From Tubulanus polymorphus (lineage: Eukaryota; Animalia; Nemertea): a DNA stretch of 64,000 bases. Position 1 is the stretch's first letter. Each line of letters begins with the position of its first letter. Location of the stretch: positions 5,332,001 to 5,396,000 of the forward strand of contig NC_134025.1 of assembly GCF_964204645.1 (NCBI RefSeq), read 5' to 3'. Below the pieces are notes generated by a model. The model was not told the origin of the DNA. It made no database searches and saw only the letters and a program-made list of their open reading frames with translations. Position numbers and translations under genes: made by a program. Positions 42,698-53,470 of the stretch are shown one piece after another.

Positions 42698-45600
42698 TCA
42701 TGCGTACAGTTCTCGACCCGGCACTGCCGTGTGGCTGGGAACTAGTCCGGTTAATGGTACGGATAAATTCATCCCATTGTCCATGATATCATTTTGAGTA
42801 GGTCTTTTCTTAGCCGGCTTTTTGGACGAACTAAAACAGCGAATTGCGAAACGGAATTCTTTGCCCATTTCGGTACATATGGAATCCTGAAACGATTCAT
42901 TGAACCAGCATGTGTGAATAATCAGAAAATTGGAAAATATACGAAGGATAATATGTGTAGTGGACATTGATTTACCTTTTTATACCCTGGATCCACTCTT
43001 TGTCCGTACAAATCTATATTATTCTACAAAAAGACATTTGAATGAAAATGAGTGTCTCTTTCAATGATTTAATCATTCTGTGTTCAAAATCAATTTAGAA
43101 TGAAATAACAGCTTAACTGACTTCGTACACCTACCTTTTCGGCACGCGCGTTTTTGCGAGCTTTCCAAACAAATTCCATTATTGCTATAATTACAGATAA
43201 GAAGAGTCCAGCGACTAGAACAACAAATACGCCGCCCACATTTTCTACTCCAAGTTCATTCGCGTTCGCATCTTTCGGTTCGGCATTAGTGCATTTACCG
43301 CCGCCATCTTTTTCCTTCCACCACCGATTGTACAAAAAGTGAAGCTTTTGCGCTTCTTGTAATTTCAGAATGCTATCGGAAATAGCATCTCGATAAGGAG
43401 AACCTACGGATACAATTCAAGTAAGGTGTCAGATAATTAGATTTGAAATTAGAAAAAAACGAATCTCTTTTCCTAGTAACTCACCCATTGGGGTTCCTAT
43501 ACCATAGCCTTTAGAATCGAGAAGTCCGCCAACTTGCATAAGATCACATTGTCTTTGCGTGAAATATTCGTTCATAGTAGACTCCAATAGATAAGCGTAG
43601 TCACCGTTTTTAACTCTCTCTATGCCATGCTTCGTGGTGTTTACGAATACCGATGGCACTTCGTTCGCCATGAAGTTCCACATCCGTTCGTAGGTTGGGA
43701 TTTTTGACGACTGGAATTTTGATCGAAAAATCAGTTGCAACGGATTTCATTCATATGATTGGGGGATTCAACACATTTTCGTAAAAGAACAACTTACCCT
43801 GAAAAATGAAAAGGTAGAACCTCCCCAAATTGTGCCATATTTGATTTCAGTCTGCTTGGAGAGATCTTCGGCACTCTGAATCGGTGATATCATTCTTTCG
43901 ACAGTGAGGAAAGCGGCAAGATTTGCCGTATATGAAGAGATCATAATGAGCGTAAAGAACCACCATATTCCACTGACTATACGCGTTGAAATTGCTCTTG
44001 GTGCAACTTCAGAACCTGTAAGATAAGTCTTGTTTCAATCCATTTCCTAATGGGATACAATTATATCTTTCCGAGGAAAGACCAAAACAACAAATGAACG
44101 TCTCATCACGAAGGGGTTGGCGTGGATATGTTGAAAATAACAGTAATTATCAATATAGTATAGGTTCGTTGATATACATGTATCATTCAATGATTTCAGG
44201 ATCCTTCATGGTTTTCCATTACTGATTACGTATTTGATGACTATATATACTATATTAAGTTGGCATGATAAATGTCAGTAACTACACCCACCTTGTTGCA
44301 TGAGAGATCCAATTGTAAACCAGAGACTATTCAATATGGTGAATTGATTTTCTACGACATCCGAATCAGGATTGCACGGATGTGGATTATACCATTCATA
44401 CGGCGTAAATCTGGCGATAACGAAAAGTATTATGCTGACAATCGTGTACGCCGCTAACATATAGATCCATACATCGATAGACAACGGCGACAGAAACGAA
44501 AACAAACTAGGGTTCTTCTTGACCGGCTTCATGAAAATGACGCTGATTCCCAGGTTCATGAAGGGTTTCGTGAAGTCTATCACTTGTTCTCGCTGGTAGC
44601 TGATCGTAAGAGAAGCTACAGCCAAGTCGGCTCTCTGAATGATAAAACATGGAAATCATTTCTTATTAACATTCCTGAACATCATATTTCAACGACTATT
44701 GATGAAAAATTATGATTAAAATCAAGTTGATATTTCCTATAAAATCATTATATACACTGTCCAGAAAGACGTTACTTCTTAGGTAATTTACACATATTTC
44801 ACAAGCTGATTCATCATATATTCATCATATTCTGATAACTCAATATACGGTATTTCATTGGGGATTTTTATCAGACGTAGAAAAATACCAACGGGGTATT
44901 CAAGTGGTCCGCTATACGCTGTACGATCTGCACTCGGGATAGAATCAAGTGCTGCAACTGCTCTTTTTCATCGTTTTCATCGTCGGATCGCCAATGAAGA
45001 GGCATCTCTACGACGCATGTTGACATGAACATGGTATCAATGACGTTGCTCCAAAAACCTCGTCTCCATTGTAGTGAATTTACCGGGTTTTTATTTCAGA
45101 TCTATCCCTTACCTTATCAATCAAATCACTAACCATACCATTCCATTCCCCGTTGTCCATTTTCGCCCCGTATTTCTTGTCGGCTACAAGCTCGATGGTG
45201 TAGTTGAATCCAAGATCTGCGGCAATCTCTCTTAGCAAGTCAACACAGTAGCCTTTGAATCGTGCATTTCCTTTCAATGGTTCGCCGTTGATTGGTTCAC
45301 TTTTCATAACGAACGGGTCATCCTAATTTTGGTGAAAATACGACAGAGACAATTATTTCGATTGAAATCAAAAAGTTGTTACGATATGATATAAACTGAA
45401 TCTTCTATTAACACTAATGCTCAAATTAGTCCCGAGGATTGAACACCTATTCTAGGAATACAATGTGTTTCTTTGAAATACGGTTTCAGATTTTGAGGAT
45501 TAATCATTCGAGCAGAATCAAATTCTATTTTGGAAAGTATGAATGGTGCAGCGACGCGATTTTACGATTCAGTCGTCACGACATGTTGATGTGAATCGCA

Positions 45601-48600
45601 GTTTCCTCGTAGCCAATTTCAGCGAATTTGACAATGAATATACCTGGTAATAAGATAAAAACCCACTATCTACAGATTAAAAGAATTTAAAAACAAGAAT
45701 TTATTTATTCAATCTAAAATATATATAAGACACGACGTTTCGATCTCACCCTAGAGATCATCGTCAGGTGGCACCAATTCTTGTTTTTAAATTCTTTTGA
45801 TCTGTAGATAGTGGGTTTTTATGTTATTATCCGTTCACCACGTTTGAGTGTGTTTATCGTTCTAATATACCTGGTGTCGTTCTTACCAGAATAGTCGTGA
45901 TCTTCAGCGTTTTATTTTTCAACGAATTCTCTAGTTCGTGGCGATACGTAGAATATTCCTTTGATATATTGAGACCTTTGCCCGTCTCCCAGACACCGAT
46001 CTTTAATTAAAGGAGAGCACGCAGTTTTACAACGCTTGTACGTCAATATTTGACTAAACAGTTTGATGTGCGGAATATTAGGATAACTTTTCGTTTAAGT
46101 AAACGTAGGTCGTGTATAAATTGGCAGTTAAATCAAATTGTTAGGACAAGTAGAGAGATATTTTATGGGTTTGTCACGTTTATAGCAGCTATGAATCTGC
46201 GGCGGATGGCGATCAATGCATCTATATATCGGGTTTATGACGTCAATGGATTCGGAATACCTCGTTCAGTATGCCCTTTTTCGTCAGTTCAACTAGCTGC
46301 AACCGGAAATGAGAACGGAGACCTTTACTGTCGAACTTTATGTCTCCCGTTAGTCCTTTAATCTCCGCCTGAAAGAACATAGACGCGTTACACCATTTTA
46401 CACTCACAGAACAATGAGACGCTAATTAGAAGGAATAAATTGGAAGACTATGTACTGCTTCATTGAGTAAATATAGTCAAGTGGAATACGTAGTGCGATC
46501 GTAATGACTATATGTATCAAATATCTGGTAGTCTATTTAGATCGTCCGAAAGAAATAAACCAAAATATTTTATGAACCACACATAAAAATTCACACGTAA
46601 AATATGCAGTATTATATTGGCTAAAATCAGCAATAAATCTGTAAAAAGAATAATTGAATAGATATTATTGATAGTTGAATGAGGAAATGTTTTTAACGTA
46701 CCATTTTCAAATAGTTAAGTAAACTGCTGCCCTGTGACCAGGCGGTTCCAGCACTACACGACTGCGGGGTTACAGTAATATCCAATGCACCCGATAAAGC
46801 GTCCAAAGCTGTGGCAAACAGATGGACAGCGTCGTAGATTAGGGCAGTTTCCGTCTATAAAAGAACACTTTTCATTTATTTGGTGATACACGATGTTACG
46901 AGGTATTTGAGGGTATTTCAGAGGTTTAGGGGAAGCAGGGAGTTGGCTCCCAGAATAGAGTTAGCAGGATCAATACTTTCGAGACTTCAGTCGGCTGAAC
47001 CTCATTTCCCGTCATCAGTTCGTCATTTGCTAAATTCAATAAAGTCGAAATTTTGAAATTACCGACGAACACGCGATATCAATGGAAGCGTTTCAATTAG
47101 GTTTTACTGCTATCTACCAGTTATTACTTGATAGAAAGATGAATAGATAAAAACCTTCATTCCAACTGGGTTGCAAATTTCAAATTCAAATACGAACGAT
47201 TCTATATCAAATTCATTAATAGTCAATCTAATGTATCATTTCAGATATGTTTTCCACTTCTAGATTAAAAACCGTGTTTCCATCAACATTAAAACAATAG
47301 TCAAGTGCAAAATATGGAAAGTCGAACAATCATGCGATGATTTTACTCCATTATAGAGCGAAAATTGAAAGTAAACGATACATTAGCTAATAAAGAACTG
47401 AGTGCTGCGAAAACAAAATTCAATTTTCTGCTATTCAGTCCACGATATCGAGAAACAAAAGGACAAGCAAAAAGTCTGAATGAATATCTTTTTTTCTAAA
47501 ATAGAATTGAACAAGTATATGATAATAGAAATCAGAACAGAAATTGTAGATATCTATAGCTAATACTAATATAAACCGTAATCTGTGCTTTGAGAGATAC
47601 ACCTATCTCTCTCTCTGTAAATATATATATATACAGTCTAATTCATTATTAAGACAACACCACCAACCGTTTCTGTGAAGCCCGTTGATGAAATATTCTG
47701 TACAGCGAAAAAAAACAAAGGAAAACCAAAGCATAACTGGCACTGCATTAGGTTTATTACTACTCGCCTTCGGGTTGACTCCATATGTTAGAATATTATT
47801 GTTCATACATTATTCAATTTTTATCTCACGTTCCTTAGCTTTAGCCCGAAGGGAATTGAGATTTTCCAAACAAGAAAGAAATGTTACATTCTGTTTCCAA
47901 ATCTTATGTCGGCGCTTTTGATAATTCATCGAACGGATATATATCTATCTTTGCAGGTATGAAATATTTATACATGTACTGAAAGCAGTAGTGCAACTTA
48001 ACGTGACTTGGGCTTACCGAGACCTGTGAAATATGTCACCCATTATAAACGCACGATATTGTGTTACTGAAGTGCAAGTCGCAATCCAAAAACGTATGGT
48101 TTACGAAATCTATTTGGAACGATTCCATTTTGTTAAAAGTTTGATCGATTATCAGTATCAGATATGATTTATCTAACAAGGTTTCTACCTTGATTGTTGG
48201 TTTGCCCTCCATCGGAGAAAATGATCCGCTCATTTCTTCCAGCATCCAGTCACTCGATACGTCAGACACCAACGAGTTTTGAGGGTCAATGATTCGGTAG
48301 GAAGTTATATTCGCACCAACGTCTTTGAAATCATTCAGATCCAATATTCCCATATCCTGTCATCAAAAATGAGAAAGAAGGCTTTAGAACGGGTCGTATT
48401 TTTGGCTGAGAAGACGAGAGAAAATGACGTCATCATACAATCTACCAAAGTGGCGTAAGTGGGCCGCAAAACAGACAAATCATGACGGAGTCATTTGAAA
48501 TTACGCCCAAGTTATCATCATTATCATCAAAAGCACATTTGAAAGTGATTATGTTTTTTGTCATGGATAATGATGTCTTTCTAAGCACAATGCGGCGTCG

Positions 48601-51600
48601 GATGAATCAAAAGACTCGCACTCACGATAGGACTCTTAAAGCACTTATCTCTTTGGATGTATAATACTCACCAGCGTCGTGAATAAGTAGTGATAGTAAA
48701 ATGTCAACATTTCCAGTTGCAGAGCCTAAAAAAGACATAACTCATAAGGTTTCAAAGACTCATCAGTTCAATAAAATCGGCTAAATGGCAAATGGTGACG
48801 ATATGACGAATTGATCTCACGATCTGCTTAGTTAAGTCACACATAAAGTGTCAATTTACAAGCAGACTTATAATACACGTTGATTTGAGGACATGTACAC
48901 TGCTTACAAGACTACTTATAGCTACCGGCAGTTCAGATAGGAGTGTTATCCAACATCGACCACTACTAGCAATCAGTGTAATGGCCATATATGACAGTTT
49001 ACCTTGCAGTCAAGATGACATCAAATATTGGATACGTTAGAAAAAACTAGCACTACATTATCGAATCATGAATAAACCTTTAAGGATAAGTGTCCAAAAA
49101 TGGTAACTACCTCGCGCAGGACTTGTCTTATTTTGTCAACGCGACAATCAACGATTATTTTCGTTTCACCGCGGAGTTTCAGCTCTTTGAGTAATGGTTT
49201 ATATTGTCCATTGACGGCCTCTAACTTCCGAACAGTAATTTGGTATTTGCTCGAACCATTTTCCTTTTTCTTTTTATTGTTCGGATTTTTTGCTTCCAGT
49301 ATCGAGTGTAACCGTATTAAACCTGGAATGATATGTGCATGGGCATGATATTCATTGATCATGCTTTATATACATTTATTACATTATATTCATCTTAATA
49401 GAATTTCCAATTTGTTATTCTCTGCAAATACGTAGTCATAAAAGTTTCCGTGCGAATGACGGTCAAATAAATTTTCGCCTGAGATAGTTTGGTTAAATTA
49501 AATTAATTGCACACGGTATTCGCTGATTGCAGTTGCGACAGAGACGGTAATTAGTTTGTTGTCAAATTTCAGACGGCAAATGCAGCGCGGTGAAACAAAA
49601 TCCACATGGAATGATCATTATACTCCGAAAAGCATTACCGCTTCGCACGTGAATTCTCGCAATTTCATACCTCAAAGAAAGGTAATCGGAAAGAAAATAT
49701 TGACAAGACTAAGACTGTGCTTCTTCGTAGGCAACGACTTGACGCTTACCTTCGTTATCTTCGTACAAAATGGTGAACTTTTCCCACTTCAGTTCTTTCA
49801 CGATATCTACGTACGCTTGGCTTAGCGATGTGTAATGAGGATACAAATTAACAGAATAAAAATCTTTAAAGTTGCGGTAACTCCAGCGTGTTTCGATGTG
49901 CGGCACTTCCAGAGCGTCGCAGATCGACTGAACATGAGCGGACGACAGGCTGGACATCGGCCCAAATACGGAAGCCATGCCACTTTGAAGTAGATGACAA
50001 GCTGCAAGAATAAATGAACACCATGAATGAACTTAGAAATACCAGAATAATGGAAACTAATCAAATATAACATATATTTAAATGCATTACTTTTCAACTC
50101 ATTCTCATGCTTATCAGGAATCGTGCTAAGAAGGGCCAACAAATACGAAATTGTTTTCATTCAAGTATAGTAGATAAAGAATCAATCATAGATAGATAGA
50201 GAAGTGAGAACTTTTCAATCATTGTTTATCATACGTATATACATATATATAGATTCAATTTCTGTCTGTCGTCGGGCATTGATGCATATTCATCGGAGTA
50301 AATATTCATTCGTTCAGGGATCCTAGCGCCGACATTTACTTCATCTCCGGGGATTCTCAGGTCTTTTTACGACTAATGGGAAAAAAGATCGATGCGCATT
50401 TTCGTTTCTTACCTTTTCGAGATGTATGGAAGCTGTCATCTTTCGGCACCTGGGCTATTTCCGCTAGAAGCCTCGTATTCTTCAGGATATCTCGTCTATC
50501 ATTGATCTTATCAGTGGCATATTCAAATGCTTTTTTCTGACCTACGTTGTGATGTTCGAATATTCCACCTACGCGTTAGTAAAGGATACGATACTTTTAA
50601 TGTTTTTGATAATACTTGTGAATGAAGCTTGCAATTAAATACGATATGATTTTAGTTTTCCATCTCATATCCCAGCACGATGATTAACGTAAAACGATAT
50701 ACATAAAAAAACATTATCAGGTACAGATAATGCATTATTCCATATCGAAAGAGAACATTTAAGGGTTTACTTGGGATTTCATCAAAACGTACGTATGTAT
50801 GAAATTTTATTGGCTCATGATAGAAAAGGCGCATATATACAAGTCGTTTTTGATGAGTTCAGTGATAAAAAAAACCTTTTATTATCAATGACCATCAAGA
50901 TACTCGTCAGAGCACACAAAAGGCTATTACCACCGTATGCATATAATACAAACGAGCATTAACCAGTTCACATTTCAGTTCATCTTGATACGTAGCCTAC
51001 TTAAACTCCCGAAAACGAGAGCTGAATAATTGTAAAGAAGATTAGCCGAATACAAGATTAATTCGGTCGAATTAGTATGGAATTAATCATGACATTCAAT
51101 GAAATCATTACTGTTCATTTTTATTGGCAATCATTTTTTGCTGAACGGCGTTCGTCAGCCGTAAATTGACGTCGAGCAATTCCGTCAAATTCATATGACA
51201 GCCAGGCAGCGGTGAATGATGTTTTGTCGCTAACGCCAATCAAATACGTCGTTATATTGATCGAATCAAAATCGTAATTCTCTGTATAACTATTGCGTTT
51301 TCATCTATCGTTCGATAAATGCGTATAAACATTAACGACTTATGTGGTGTGTGCCGATATAATTCACCACATTGCAAAGATCCAGAGTTGTAAAATATAA
51401 AAACATTTCACAAGTTATTCTATTCAGCCTTCTTTGGTGCCGTTTATCGGAGTGACGTCACAGCGCGTCATAGTGGCCTTATCGAGCGAAGTAAAAAGTC
51501 GCAGTTGACTGCCATTAGAGGAACAACACACGTGCCTATCCAGCCACGATCTAATAATTGTTTCTTCTACGGCAAAGCTCCGAAATCAACGCCCGTCCGC

Positions 51601-51775
51601 AAACAAGTGAATCGGAGGGATAAAATTCCAATTAACCTCGGTCGTTTGGCCGGTTGAGAGATCACGACTTACCGATTTTGATGACTCGCTGTAATGCCGC
51701 GGATACACTAACACTGAGTAGCACCATTAGTAAGCCAATACAAATATTTCGCCACATCTTAGCCATGGAAGACAT
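42698..51775 (-). CDS. GRIK2: Kainate-type ionotropic glutamate receptor (GluK-like), full length with ATD
   Basis: Exons 51775-51673, 50568-50413, 50001-49750, 49322-49111, 48725-48672, 48356-48189, 46854-46702, 46368-46261, 46000-45887, 45322-45113, 44635-44292, 44015-43798, 43710-43485, 43403-43135, (43023-42976), 42886-42698. Kainate hallmarks: [80 protein letters not shown]. The symbol is approximate (co-orthologue of GluK subunits). Confidence 0.93.
45649..45863. mobile_element. Penelope-like retroelement remnant (inverted partial pLTR arrangement) with 12-bp target duplication
   Basis: AATATACCTGGT at 45637-45648 and 45864-45875. About 52-bp inverted arms at 45650-45701 and 45776-45828. 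Internal hammerhead motif plus AATAAA on the minus strand. Confidence 0.8.
45729..45772 (-). ncRNA. Minimal type I hammerhead ribozyme (PLE-type)
   Basis: Minus strand reads GCCAC-CUGACGA-U-GAUCUC(UAGGGU)GAGAUC-GAAACGUC-GUGUC: conserved core, 6-bp stem II, palindromic ACGU in place of stem III, GUC triplet, and 4/5-bp stem I. Confidence 0.75.
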
Positions 51776-53382
51776 CGCGATGTTGCCCGATTTTCAGCAG
51801 TCTCTCTTGCTTATGTGTTGAACCAATGCATCGTGTTATAGCTTATATCGGATGGGATCTAAAAAAGAAAAACGATAAACGATAATCGAAAAACATTCCT
51901 TTAATGAATTTTTGATAACATGTGACTGGTACGCCGGCAAAATGCCTGAAGAAATTGATAGAGCATTTACCCCTAAAGAAAAGCGAGACGATAAATTACT
52001 GAAATGGCAGATTTGTATTTGGTACTAAACACTTCAGGGATAACGTTGAACGAAGAGTATATTCCACTTTCCCACGATCTCTAACATTAAATCCCGAAGT
52101 TTAAGCACATTTTTGCGAGTAGAGGAAATTTATAAATCCTATGAAATAATGTGCAATATTTCCTCAAAGTTTCGTATTTTATATGTTACAATTGATCGCA
52201 CATTGTATACTATTTTACGCAGAAGTTAATTTGATATAAGTAATGGATTTTACATTACTTAGCCGATATCCACCATCGATGAAACATGCGCTGAAGTACA
52301 TTTAAGTGAAAATTACCAGCTACGGGGGAATGTGATTTAAAACTCAATATGTATGTGTACATTATGTGTTTAGTAATAAACACTGGTATAGATGAATCAT
52401 TGGTGGTTGTCCTTGGTAATATACATATTCGATATCGTTCGTTCTTCAGTCATAATATCACGTCTGTTGCCGGAGGCGTTTGTGTCACTTAATCCCAGCA
52501 GCGCATCTTCCGCATCGACGAGAACAAACGAAGAGCATATAATAAGCGCGGCTATCATTCCATCACTTCATTCTTTATGGACACTTCGTATATATATAGT
52601 AAATGTGAAACAAAGGTGTATGGTTGATAGCGCAGTATTCTCACCAAAAAACCGCATCACCGTCACAATATAGTACAGGCTGGTCCAGCGGAAATGACGT
52701 GTAGCCACCACCGAATGAATAGTTGATTGACAATACCCCCAAGTGAGGTTCCGGTTACAATATAATATTGCTTATTGCCAATAAAACACAGGCTTAATGC
52801 TAAACTGTAGTAACATGTTCGCACCGCAATATTGGAAGCAGAATCAACAACAAATCGTCTTCTTTTCAACCGTACGTTTATACCCGTATAATGAAAGTAT
52901 ATCAACGGTGAATTGAACGAGTCGGATATTACTCTTGACATAAAGCTATCGATAACCGGGACATCTTGTCCACGGTGTTCATTTTGAGATTTAATTAAAT
53001 AATTTACCACCATGCTAGCAATTGATTATACAATATCTGCACTGTGGCAGATACAGAGAATGTTGGATGATGCCATCTGCGGCCAATGCACCTTTTTAGA
53101 TTCGAGTAGGTTGGGAGCGCTAACTGAACAAACTTATACGTAGTTAATCTAATTTAACTAGTTTTGGCGAGTAAGAAAGCCTACATTTCTGTTCTACCGA
53201 ACTAAACTGGGGCCAAATTGTAGAATATCGGGTACCGGGTATAGTGCAAGGGTGTATAGGAACATATTCCATACGTTCGTAGTGATTCGGTTCTTGACGT
53301 GATAAGACCCACCGACTGTAAACAGGTGACATGGTATACTGGGCGACTGATGGACGACTGGTCGACTGGATGACCATCAGCA

Positions 53383-53470
53383 TCGCCATCTCTGCCATCA
53401 CCTTCTCCAGCATCACCATCATCAACATCTCCACCATTACCTCTTTTAGCATCACTGCCACAGCATCAAC
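53383..53470. repeat. Degenerate (CAT/CAC/CAG)n low-complexity tract
   Basis: CCATCAGCATCGCCATCTCTGCCATCACCTTCTCCAGCATCACCATCATCAACATC... Confidence 0.6.

Noticed and set aside
44100-44310. Possible editing-complementary sequence for the kainate Q/R site
   Set aside because: Only scattered short matches (TCTCAT, AAGG). Too weak for an ADAR duplex.
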